Shown: piece after piece, positions 50,674-59,390 of the stretch
Layout: every line of letters starts with the position of its first letter
Numbering within the stretch: position 1 is the stretch's first letter
DNA from: an uncultured delta proteobacterium
GTDB taxonomy: Bacteria; Myxococcota_A; Polyangia; Polyangiales; Polyangiaceae
Reading direction: 5' to 3'
DNA length: 64,000 nucleotides
Assembly: GCA_963782055.1 (NCBI GenBank)
Contig: CAWAIF010000003.1
Location: 320,001 to 384,000, forward strand
Notes under the pieces: model-generated
Told to the model about the DNA's origin: nothing
The model's database searches: none
What the model saw: only the letters and a program-made list of their open reading frames with translations
Position numbers and translations under genes: made by a program

Positions 50674-52593
50674 ATGCCTCGATGGACGGACGCGCCGATG
50701 TCGCTCGCGTGGCGAACGCGATGGGTCGAAGGCATGCGCGCGCGCTTCGCGGACGAACCCGCGCTCGACCGGACGCTCTCGTGGATCCGGACGATCGCGC
50801 TGGAGGACGACGCGTTCGTCCTGGCGACGGCGAGGGGCCGCGGCGTGTTCGGGTTTCCGTTCCCGTCTCGGCCCGGGCAGCGTCCGGAGCGCCTGGCGCT
50901 CGGCGAGGAGGACGCGCGCGTGCGGTTCGTCGTGCGCGCGGGGGAGGCGGCGCGCGGAGGGCGCGCGGGCGGAGACGCAGCGCCCGGGTGGAGACCGATC
51001 CTGCGCTTCGATGCGCTCTCGGTCTCCGAGCGCGACGCGCCCCACGGAGGCCCGCGCCCGCTGCGGCTCGGCCTGACGGGCGCCGAAGGATGGGCGCTGC
51101 TGCAGGCGGCGCGGGCGGCGGCCGAGGACGTGGTCGCCGGCGGCCCGCCGCCGAGAGAGACGGAGACTCGCGGCGCCGAGCCGCGCCTGTCGCAGCGGAC
51201 GGTGCTCGCGGTCTCGATGTGGACGCGCGGGCGACTGCGCGGGTCGGTCGTGTCCCCGCCCGGGCGTGCGCTCGTGATGGCGCGTCGATCCGGCGAGTGG
51301 GCATGCCAGGACCCGCGCTTCGAACGCCCCACCCTCGCCGAGCTGGACGACACCGTCTTCCAGGTCGGGCTGGTTCATGCGCCGGCCATCCCCCTCTCGC
51401 GCGACGAGATCCGCGAGCGGGACGCCTATCCCGACAAGGCGCTCTTCGTGTCGGAGGGAGCGCGCTTCGGAGCGTACATGCCGGAGGTCTTCAACATCCG
51501 CGCCCCGCGCAAGCTCGCGCCGCTGCTCCGCTCGCTCGCCATAGAGAAAGCCGGGCTCGAGGGGGTCGGCGCCCACACCCGGATCGAGGCGTGTGAGGTC
51601 AGCGAGGTGGTCGAGTCGGCGGACCGCACACGGGCGGTGGCGCTCGACGGCCCGATCGCGCGCGTCGCGGTGGACGAACCGGAGGGCCTGGCAGGCGCGG
51701 CGCGCGCCGCGGGCAGCGCGGCGTGCGCGTGGCTCGTGAGCGTGCAGCAGGAGGACGGCTCGTGGCCGGTGCGGGTGCGACCGGCGACCGGCGAGGGCGA
51801 GGGGCGCGATCCGGTGCGCGTCGCGCTCGTCGCGTTCGCCCTCGCCACCTTCGGCGTCGCCGCGCGGGTCGACGCGGCGCCCCGGGCTGCGAGCCGGGCG
51901 CTCGCCTGGCTCGCGCGCACTCGATCGGAGTGGACCCGCGATCCGGTGCGGGCGCTATGGACGCACTGCTACGTGGGACGGACCGCGACGTGCCTCGATG
52001 AAGCGGATGCGTTCGCGTCGGCCGCGGCGGGCGTACGGGAGGTCGCTCACGCCGCGGCTCGCGATCGGCTGGCCGCGCAGCACGCGGCGTCCTTCTCCCG
52101 CGAAGCCGCGGCGCGAGACGCGGACGCCGCGCGTCGCGCCGGGTCGCTCGGGGGCGCCCTCTACGAGGAGTTTCGCCGCGCGCGGGATGGTGGAAGCCCG
52201 ATGTCGCTCGCCGGGTGGGCGGAGCTCGCGGCAGCCTTCTCGAGCGATTCCCCGCAGGCGCGCGAGATCACCGGTTGGCTGCGCTCCTACCAGCTCCCGG
52301 ACGGCTCCTTCCCCGACACGACGGCGTCGCGATTCGCCTACACGCGTGGTACCGGCAAGGTCTTCGAGGTGCTCGCACGAACGTGCTCCGACGCCGAGCC
52401 CGCGCTCGAGCGTTCACTCGGGTGGCTCCGGACGATGCAGTACCGCCTCGACTCGGTCTTCTTCGTCCCGGAGGAGCACCGCGCGCGCGTGCTCGGCGGC
52501 CTGCGCCACGACGTCTACGACACCGCCGCGTGGGTCGACGCCGCGGGACATCTGCTGATCGGGCTCGCACCCATCGTGCGGAGGCCGTCGTGA
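50674..52593 (+). CDS. AMMECR1-domain + prenyltransferase/squalene-cyclase-like alpha/alpha-barrel fusion protein (copy 2)
   Basis: ATG 50674 or 50698. LLQAARAA...VSMWTRGRLRGS...DPRF...EL...YMPEVF...EKAG match AMMECR1; QW-like repeats WLVSVQQEDGSW, WLRSYQLPDGSF, WLRTMQ; end GGLRHD...WVDAAGH. Confidence 0.8.
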   Translation: MPRWTDAPMSLAWRTRWVEGMRARFADEPALDRTLSWIRTIALEDDAFVLATARGRGVFGFPFPSRPGQRPERLALGEEDARVRFVVRAGEAARGGRAGGDAAPGWRPILRFDALSVSERDAPHGGPRPLRLGLTGAEGWALLQAARAAAEDVVAGGPPPRETETRGAEPRLSQRTVLAVSMWTRGRLRGSVVSPPGRALVMARRSGEWACQDPRFERPTLAELDDTVFQVGLVHAPAIPLSRDEIRERDAYPDKALFVSEGARFGAYMPEVFNIRAPRKLAPLLRSLAIEKAGLEGVGAHTRIEACEVSEVVESADRTRAVALDGPIARVAVDEPEGLAGAARAAGSAACAWLVSVQQEDGSWPVRVRPATGEGEGRDPVRVALVAFALATFGVAARVDAAPRAASRALAWLARTRSEWTRDPVRALWTHCYVGRTATCLDEADAFASAAAGVREVAHAAARDRLAAQHAASFSREAAARDADAARRAGSLGGALYEEFRRARDGGSPMSLAGWAELAAAFSSDSPQAREITGWLRSYQLPDGSFPDTTASRFAYTRGTGKVFEVLARTCSDAEPALERSLGWLRTMQYRLDSVFFVPEEHRARVLGGLRHDVYDTAAWVDAAGHLLIGLAPIVRRPS

Positions 52594-54113
52594 CCGCCGC
52601 CTTCGTCGAGCGCGTGGAGTCCGGGCCGGGACGCCGGGACGTGCCTCTGCCGGTGCGCGAGACGTACTCGCTCTCCGAGCTCTTGCCGAGACGCGCCCCG
52701 GGGGTCGGCTATCGCGTCCCGGGAGAGATGGGGCCCCCGCTGGCGCGCGCGTTCGAGCGGGCGTTCGCGCTCCTCGAGCGCGGCTACGGCCCGCTGTCGG
52801 TGCGCGCCCCGTCCAGGCTGCTCACGCCCCGCTGGTACCGGGTCGTCCGCGCGCTGGCGCGGCACGGGCTCGCCCGGACGCTGACGCTCTCGCTCCCGCA
52901 CGAGCGCGGCATCCCCCTGTACTACTTCGACATCGCCGCGGGGCCCTGCTGGCACGCGACCGACGGCGGGCAGCCCGAGCGCACGCGCTACGGCCGCGGG
53001 GTCTCCGACGACTACGATCACGCGCTGGCCAAGGGCGTGGGCGAGTGCCTCGAGCGCGGCTCCCTGCTCTACTTCCGGATGGCGGACATGATCCGCGGCA
53101 GCGCGCGGTCGCTGCGCGCGCGCGGGCTCCCCTTCGTCGACCCTCGCGCGCTGTCGGTCTTCTCACGGGAGCAGATCGACCGGCGGCCGGCGCTCGCGGT
53201 AGACGACGGCTCGGTGTTCCAGTGGGTGCCGTGCAGGTCGCTCGTGTCGTCGCAGGAGGCGCTCGTGCCGGCGCAGCTCGTGCACTGGAACTACCCGGTC
53301 GGCTGGGGGGACGCTCCGGAGCCCATGCTGCGCGAGCAGAACTCCCACGGCGCGGCCGCGTTCTACTCGCTGGACGGTGCGCTCCTGTCCGGCCTCCTCG
53401 AGTGCCTCCAGCGCGACGGCTTCTTCCGCCACTGGCTCCGCGGGATCGCGCCGCCGCGCATCGCGACCGGCGACGTCACGCGCCCGGCCACCGTGCGCCT
53501 GCTGCAGAGCGCCCGCGACGTCGGGCTGGAGCCGATCTTGCTCGACATCACCTCGCAGCTCGGCGTCCCGACGTGCGTGTGCGTGCTCGCGCGCGACGAC
53601 GGCGAGTCGCCGGCGGTGACGGTGGGCGCGAGCTGTCGGCTCGACGCGGAGAGGGCGATCCACGACGCGCTCCTCGAGGCGGCGAGCGTGCACCACGTCG
53701 TCGCGCAGAGCCCGGAGCGCCTTCGCGCGGCGGCCGGCCGCGATCCGCTCGTGGACGCGTCCTTCGACACCGACCACCGCCTGGCCTTCTGGGCGAACCC
53801 GGAGCACGCGCGCCACCTCGCGTGGCTGCTGGGCGGGGCGACGGAGTCGCTGTCGGACTTCCGTCGCGGGTGGCGTGCGCCCGAGAGCTCGCGCGAGGGG
53901 CTCGAGCGGGTCGTCGAGGTCCTCCGTCGCCATCGCATCGCCGCGTGGTTCCACGAGGTCCGCCACGCCGCGCTCGACGAGCTCGGCTTCGCGGCCGCGC
54001 GCGTGATCGTCCCCGACCTGCTCCCCATGTACTGCGTGGACCGGAACGCGCCGCTCGGTCAGGCGCGCGCGGAGGGCGCCGCGCAGCCACCGTGGCCGCA
54101 CCCCTTTCCGTGA
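52590..54113 (+). CDS. YcaO-family protein
   Basis: GTGA overlap. GECLER, LVPAQLV, NSHGAAA...LLECLQRD, LDITSQLGVP, ALLEA, RVIVPDLLP, C-terminal PWPHPFP. Confidence 0.92.
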   Translation: MTAAFVERVESGPGRRDVPLPVRETYSLSELLPRRAPGVGYRVPGEMGPPLARAFERAFALLERGYGPLSVRAPSRLLTPRWYRVVRALARHGLARTLTLSLPHERGIPLYYFDIAAGPCWHATDGGQPERTRYGRGVSDDYDHALAKGVGECLERGSLLYFRMADMIRGSARSLRARGLPFVDPRALSVFSREQIDRRPALAVDDGSVFQWVPCRSLVSSQEALVPAQLVHWNYPVGWGDAPEPMLREQNSHGAAAFYSLDGALLSGLLECLQRDGFFRHWLRGIAPPRIATGDVTRPATVRLLQSARDVGLEPILLDITSQLGVPTCVCVLARDDGESPAVTVGASCRLDAERAIHDALLEAASVHHVVAQSPERLRAAAGRDPLVDASFDTDHRLAFWANPEHARHLAWLLGGATESLSDFRRGWRAPESSREGLERVVEVLRRHRIAAWFHEVRHAALDELGFAAARVIVPDLLPMYCVDRNAPLGQARAEGAAQPPWPHPFP

Positions 54114-54126
54114 GGTCGCGAGGCGC

Positions 54127-54396
54127 TCAGTCCGTCCCGGCGTCGTAGTAGGGGGCCTCGATGATCGGGCCGGTGTCGCTCCCCCCGTCGAAGTAGGGGG
54201 CCTCCACGATCACGCCTACGTCGACCGGTGCGTCCTTGGGCTGATCGGTGGAGGCATCGGCCGCGGGCCCCGTCGTCGCCCCGCCGCAGCTCGCGACACC
54301 GGCCGTGATGAGGAGCGCGAGCCCCCGCTCCCCGACGGCGCGCGCGCCACGCGAGAGACGGTCGACGATGGCTCGCCTGAGACGGGGATCGAGCAT
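54127..54396 (-). CDS. 89-aa lipoprotein-like peptide with a 15-aa tandem repeat, candidate precursor B
   Basis: Lipobox VASC; DVGVIVEAPYFDGGS / DTGPIIEAPYYDAGT. Confidence 0.75.
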   Translation of the reverse strand: MLDPRLRRAIVDRLSRGARAVGERGLALLITAGVASCGGATTGPAADASTDQPKDAPVDVGVIVEAPYFDGGSDTGPIIEAPYYDAGTD

Positions 54397-54474
54397 GCGC
54401 TTCGAGTATCCGCGGCGACGGAGCGCAGGTCAAGGATGAGCCGTGAGGGCGGGAGCGAGAGGGAGCACGCGGCG

Positions 54475-55377
54475 CTACGGCGTGCTGCAGAAGAGGGGGG
54501 CGACCGAGAGGAACATGCTCTCGAAGTCCGGACCCGCGAAGCACGCGGCGTAGGTCTGCGCGTCGGGGTCGCACTGCCCGTCCTCGTAGTTCTTGCATCC
54601 GCCGGCCATGGCCGCCTGCTCGCATTGCAAGCGATCGTAGTTGTCATGGTCGAAGCAGCTCTCGCACGCGTAGCTCACGCAGTCCTGCGCGGCCTGGTAT
54701 CGGTATGCGCAGCTCCCCGGCGGCGCGGGGTTCTCGCCGGAGAGGAGCTCCATGCAGCCCGCGATGTTCGCCTCGGCAATGCCTTGGTCGAAGACGAGCG
54801 GTCCCCATGCGGGGTCGGTCTTCTTGGAGTCGAGGCACTGCGCGCACGGTGCGTTTGTCCCACCGTCGGCGTCGGATAGCCACGCCGCGCACTCCTGGGC
54901 CGTGGAGCTCGTGTCGAGGCACGCCGCGAAGAAGCCCTGAAGCTGCTGCGCCGTGCACGCGTCCTGTGGCGCGCGCGCCGGCTTCGGGTCGCGCGGCGCG
55001 AAGCCGGAGGGGTCTGGCCAGACGCCCGCCCAGCTTCCGGGCGGGCAGACGTAAGCATGCGATGCAGAGTCGCAGACGGGCGAGACGGTATCGTCCACGC
55101 TGCTGCCAGTGCAGCAGGTGGGAATCGCCGAGGCGTCGGTGGGATCGCAGGGGCACTGCGTGACCGGGAACGCGCCGCCGGGGCAGCCCCAGCCGCTCGC
55201 GGTGCACACCGCGGCGACCTGCTTGCCCGGTTCACACGCCGACACGCAGCTGGCCGGCACGCCCGGGCACGAGAGCGCGCTCGTCTCGATGCCCGCGTCG
55301 GCGGGGCCCTGCTGCGCCGTGCCACACGCAGCAGCGGCGGCGCAGAGGACCCAGACCCACCTCGGCGAGATGCTCAC
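54475..55377 (-). CDS. Cys-rich lipoprotein
   Basis: Lipobox AAAC; more than 20 Cys. Confidence 0.78.
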   Translation of the reverse strand: MSISPRWVWVLCAAAAACGTAQQGPADAGIETSALSCPGVPASCVSACEPGKQVAAVCTASGWGCPGGAFPVTQCPCDPTDASAIPTCCTGSSVDDTVSPVCDSASHAYVCPPGSWAGVWPDPSGFAPRDPKPARAPQDACTAQQLQGFFAACLDTSSTAQECAAWLSDADGGTNAPCAQCLDSKKTDPAWGPLVFDQGIAEANIAGCMELLSGENPAPPGSCAYRYQAAQDCVSYACESCFDHDNYDRLQCEQAAMAGGCKNYEDGQCDPDAQTYAACFAGPDFESMFLSVAPLFCSTP

Positions 55378-55456
55378 CCCTCCACATTCCCGCGCGTGTC
55401 GCGAGCGATCAAAGGATTTTCGTGCGGTGGGACAGCCTCGTTGCTAGATTGCAGTG

Positions 55457-56596
55457 ATGGGGGCACGCCAGAGGCGGGGGATCGTCGTCGCCGCGGTGGC
55501 GACCGCCGGCGTGGCGGCGCTCTGTGTCGGCGCGGCGTGCTGCGGCGGGCAGCCCAAGGCTGCCCAGAGCTGCTCCGGCGAGCCCTCCTTGGTGCGCGGC
55601 AAGTGGCAGCTCGTCGGAGGCGACTTCCCCTGCCAGGCCGTGTGCGACGACGGGTGGACGTCGTGCACCGGCACCTGCGACTGCCGGGTCACCGCTCCGC
55701 TCCCGGAGGCTTCTCTCCAGCCCGCCGACGGGGCCGCCGGCACCGGCGTCACGCGCGTCGCCACGCTCATTGGCGCGCCGGGTGGTGTGGCCATCGAGGG
55801 CACGCGCGTCTACTACCTGGACGGCGACGCGCTGCGCGCGGTCGACGCGGCGGGCGGGCCGGTGACCACCCTCGCGACCGACCTGACGCCCGCCGGCGGC
55901 GTCGCCGTGCGCGACGGCGCGGTCTACGTGCCGGTCGCGCAGTCGCCCAACTCGCCGGGATTGGTCGTGGTCGTGGCCGCGGACGGGGGCACGAGCGCGC
56001 TCGTGGCCGACGCCGACCCCGGCGCGGGGATCGAGGTGGACGACGCGTCGGTGCTCTGGCTCTCCCGCTCCGGGTTCGACGCCGGACCCGGCGTGGTTCG
56101 CTCCGCGCTCGCCGGCGGCGCGTCGACGTGGCTCCTCCCGGCCGACGACGACGCGGGCGCCTACAAGTCCTTCGCCGGGTCGAGGAACGGCGTCTACGGC
56201 ATCGCGGGCGGCGCGCTCGCCCTCGCGCGCCTCGAGGGCGGCGTGATCGCCGTCGGCGATGGCGGCGTGGCCGTGGCGGCGTGCCGGCTCGGCTGGGAGG
56301 TCGCGATCACCCGCGACGCCGATGGTGGCGAGTCTCTCGACGCGATCGTGGACGCTGCGCTCCCTTACCGCTCGCCGCTGAACGGCGCCGTGACAGCGCT
56401 GAGCTGCGCGAGTGACACCACCGTGCTCATGGCGACGGACGAGCGGATCTACGCCGTGGGGGGCGGCACCTCCACGGCCCTGCTCGTCGACGGGCAGGCG
56501 GGCATCGCCTACGTCGCCGGGACCGCGAGCCGCGTCGTCTGGATCACCCGCGCCACCCAGTCGCAGCCTGGGAGCGTGTGGGTCGGACCTCGATGA
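55457..56596 (+). CDS. Exported protein with Cys-rich N-domain and beta-propeller-like repeats
   Basis: Signal ending GAACC; repeats GVAIEGTRVYY, GVAVRDGAVYV, GIEVDDASVLW. Confidence 0.72.
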   Translation: MGARQRRGIVVAAVATAGVAALCVGAACCGGQPKAAQSCSGEPSLVRGKWQLVGGDFPCQAVCDDGWTSCTGTCDCRVTAPLPEASLQPADGAAGTGVTRVATLIGAPGGVAIEGTRVYYLDGDALRAVDAAGGPVTTLATDLTPAGGVAVRDGAVYVPVAQSPNSPGLVVVVAADGGTSALVADADPGAGIEVDDASVLWLSRSGFDAGPGVVRSALAGGASTWLLPADDDAGAYKSFAGSRNGVYGIAGGALALARLEGGVIAVGDGGVAVAACRLGWEVAITRDADGGESLDAIVDAALPYRSPLNGAVTALSCASDTTVLMATDERIYAVGGGTSTALLVDGQAGIAYVAGTASRVVWITRATQSQPGSVWVGPR

Positions 56597-56859
56597 CGGG
56601 GCTCGCCCGAGCCCGGCGGCGGGTCGTGTACGCCGCTCTCGCGGGTGGCGCCCTCGCGATGGGGCTCTCCCTCGGCGTCGCCTGTCAGTCGACCTCGAGT
56701 GCGCCGTGCGCCGGCCTGGTCGAGCACATGCACGGTCATTGGGTCGGGGGTGGCTACGGCGACAGCTTCTGCACGCCTGGAGTGCGACCCGGGCTGGGCC
56801 TCTGGTGTCTTCGGGACGTGCACGGCGGCGCACCCTCCTCCCCGCCCGAGCGAGCGTGA
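56593..56859 (+). pseudogene. Truncated, frameshifted paralog of the N-terminus of the upstream gene
   Basis: ATGA overlap. Same signal and Cys pattern; CDPGWASGVFGTC continues in another frame; interrupted by repeat copy C. Confidence 0.55.
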
Positions 56860-57004
56860 GCGAGCGATGGGCCAGGGGAGGAGGCGTCGCGCGCACGGCT
56901 CACGCGCAGCGCGCGCAGGCCGCGAGGGTCGTGACCCTCGTGCACCGCCGTCGCGGCCGAGCACGCGAGCATGAGCCGGAGCACGACGCCAGGAGGGGCC
57001 CCCC
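56830..57004 (-). repeat. ~170-bp intergenic repeat, copy C
   Basis: Its reverse complement shares TCGTGCTCCGGCTCATGCTCGCGTGCTCGGCCGCGACG and CTCGCGGCCTGCGCGCGCTGCGCGTGAGCCGTGCGCGCGA exactly with copy B. Confidence 0.85.
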
Positions 57005-58471
57005 TCACGGCAAGAGCGCGATCCGGTCCTTGCACGGCTTCGCGTCCTCGTCGGTGCGAAGCCCGGGGATGCGCATCGGGTCGGCGTCCAGCGCCGCCAG
57101 CTCCCGCTTCACCTTGCTCACGATGAGGCCGTCCAGGTTGCCGCTCGCGTACTGCTCCTGCGTGCCGCCGCAGCTCGACTTGGGATCGCCGCCGCCGGTG
57201 GACTGCGGGCCGGCGCCGCCGCGCAGCACGAACATCTCGGTGCCGCCGGTGTACTGCGCCATCTGCCGCCACACCGCCTGGCCCAGGTCGTTCATCCCGG
57301 AGGCGGCGATGGTGAAGAGCTGGACGCCGTGGTGCGCGGCCGTCTTCATGTCGACGGCGTAGTCCACCTCGTTGGGGTAATCGAGGTGCGGGGGCGCGTC
57401 GCCGATGACGAAGGCCATGCGCGAGACGGCGTGGGTGTTCCAGTCGAGCTGGGTGAGGGCAGTGTGCAAGCCCGCCTCCATGTCCTCCGGCATGTCGCCC
57501 CCGCCGCCCGCCTCGATGCCGGCGACCTTCGCCGAGAAGGCGCGGAGGTTCTGCGACATGGGGTAGACCCTGGTCACGTAGGCGTCGCCGTGATCCTTGT
57601 ACTCGACGAGGCCGACGCGCACCCGCACCTGGCCGCTCCCGAGCGTCTGCGCGACCTTCTGGATCGTGGTCTTCACGCTCGCGATCTCCTCGCTCATCGA
57701 CCCGGTCGTATCCAGGATGAAGGCGAGGTCGACGGCCGGCGTGCCGATGTCGCGCGCCTTCTTCAGGCGCAGGTCGACGGTGCCGTCGCCGTCGTCGTTG
57801 AGGGAGAAGTGCGTGGTGGTGGTGTCCTCCGCGCAGCGGGCGACGGCGGTGAAGTCGTGGCCCTCCATGCTCTCGGCGAAGGGAAAGAGGATGGCGCGGC
57901 CGGAGGCGGTGGTGGTGAGGGTGATCGCGTGCTGCTTCGAGTCGGTGACGGTGACCGGGCAGCGCGGGACGGCCTTGCCGGCCGCGTCGCGCACGACGAG
58001 GAAGCGGCGCGAGCGCACGTCCACGCGGTGGATGGCGCTGGTCACCGTGCCCAGGTAACGCTGAAACTCGCGGTAGTTGGCGTTGTCGTCCCACTCGCCC
58101 GCCTTGATGGGGCCGCCGCCGCTGGCGAAGCCGTGGGCGCGCGTGGCCTTCCCCATCGGGATGTCGGTCGGCCCGGCGCCCTCCAGCGCCAGCGTGCCGG
58201 TCGCGGTGGTCGCCGTCGCCGCCGGCAGAGGAGCCATCTCGTCGGGGGCGGTCGCCGCAGACGCCATGGCCGCGGCTCTCCCCCCGGCGCCCGCCGCCCC
58301 CTTGTCCTTCGCCTCCTCCCCGTTGGCCACCGGGCTGGTGGTGGCCACCGGCGAGGCGACCGCGGTCCCGTGCCCATCCTCCGCCTTCGAGGAGGCGGCG
58401 GGGGCCGAGCGGCTGCACGCCGCGGCGAGCGTCAGCAGGACCAGGGAGCCGAACCGGAGGGCGTTTCGCAT
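57005..58471 (-). CDS. VWA-domain lipoprotein
   Basis: ATG 58471; lipobox LAAAC; AGEWDDN; MIDAS DTTGSM; GGGDMPE; IGDAPPH. Confidence 0.88.
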   Translation of the reverse strand: MRNALRFGSLVLLTLAAACSRSAPAASSKAEDGHGTAVASPVATTSPVANGEEAKDKGAAGAGGRAAAMASAATAPDEMAPLPAATATTATGTLALEGAGPTDIPMGKATRAHGFASGGGPIKAGEWDDNANYREFQRYLGTVTSAIHRVDVRSRRFLVVRDAAGKAVPRCPVTVTDSKQHAITLTTTASGRAILFPFAESMEGHDFTAVARCAEDTTTTHFSLNDDGDGTVDLRLKKARDIGTPAVDLAFILDTTGSMSEEIASVKTTIQKVAQTLGSGQVRVRVGLVEYKDHGDAYVTRVYPMSQNLRAFSAKVAGIEAGGGGDMPEDMEAGLHTALTQLDWNTHAVSRMAFVIGDAPPHLDYPNEVDYAVDMKTAAHHGVQLFTIAASGMNDLGQAVWRQMAQYTGGTEMFVLRGGAGPQSTGGGDPKSSCGGTQEQYASGNLDGLIVSKVKRELAALDADPMRIPGLRTDEDAKPCKDRIALLP

Positions 58472-58553
58472 GGTGTCCGTTCCGACGGCCGGCGGGCCGA
58501 AAGGATCTAGGCCCCGACCCGAACGCCCGTTCGGGTAAGCTCGGCCCCGCCCG

Positions 58554-59390
58554 ATGTCCCTGATCCACGAAGTCCGCGACCGGATCGAACGCCTGGAGCT
58601 GCCGTTCAACCGCTTCGGCGTCGACCACTACGGCATCTCCAAGAAGCACCTGCGCTACTGGTTTCTGCTCCTGGGGGCGCTCTACAAGGACTACTTCCGG
58701 GTGAAGTCGTACGGGATGGAGCACATCCCCCCACGTGGCCGGGCGATGCTCATCGGCAACCACTCGGGGGGCGTGGCCTTCGACGGGGCGATGGTGATCG
58801 CCTCCACCTTCTTCGACATGGAGCCGCCGCGCCTCGCGCAGGGGATGGTGGAGAAGTTTCTCAACCGGGTGCCCATCGCCTCCCTGTGGATGAACCGCGT
58901 CGGCCAGTTCACCGGCCTGCCGGAGAACGCGATCCACCTGCTGGAGGACGAGCGGATGCTGATGGTGTTCCCCGAGGGCGCGCGCGGCACCGCCAAGCTC
59001 TACTGGGAGCGCAACTCGCTGGTGCACTTCGGCTCGGGGTTCATGCGCCTCGCGCTCGCGACGCGGACGCCCATCGTGCCGCTCGCCTTCGTGGGCGGGG
59101 GCGACGCCTTCCCGACGGTGGTCAACGCGTACAAGCTGGGCAAGGTCTTCGGGGTGCCGTACGTGCCGCTCACCGCGTACCTGCTCCCGGTGCCGCTGCC
59201 GGTGCAGCTCTCGGTGCACTACGGCGAGCCGATGGTCTTCGAGGGCACCGGCAACGAGGATGACGCGACCATCGAGCACAAGGTGGAGCAGGTGCGCGCG
59301 CGCATCGCCGAGATGCTGGAGCGCGGGGAGCGCACGCGCGAGGGGCTGCTCCTCGCGGCGGGGAATCGCGGGAAGGGCGGGGAGTCGTGA
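58554..59390 (+). CDS. Phospholipid/glycerol acyltransferase (PlsC-like)
   Basis: [10 protein letters not shown] (HX5D variant) and VFPEG. Confidence 0.9.
   Translation: MSLIHEVRDRIERLELPFNRFGVDHYGISKKHLRYWFLLLGALYKDYFRVKSYGMEHIPPRGRAMLIGNHSGGVAFDGAMVIASTFFDMEPPRLAQGMVEKFLNRVPIASLWMNRVGQFTGLPENAIHLLEDERMLMVFPEGARGTAKLYWERNSLVHFGSGFMRLALATRTPIVPLAFVGGGDAFPTVVNAYKLGKVFGVPYVPLTAYLLPVPLPVQLSVHYGEPMVFEGTGNEDDATIEHKVEQVRARIAEMLERGERTREGLLLAAGNRGKGGES

Noticed and set aside
50674..52593. Squalene-hopene cyclase or lanthipeptide cyclase call for the barrel domain
   Set aside because: QW-like repeats are present, but there is no DxDD motif and no recognisable LanC zinc-ligand motifs; only the fold class is supportable.
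54475..55377. Cys-rich lipoprotein as YcaO substrate
   Set aside because: At 300 aa with disulfide-like Cys spacing it looks like an ordinary myxobacterial surface protein, not a leader-core precursor.
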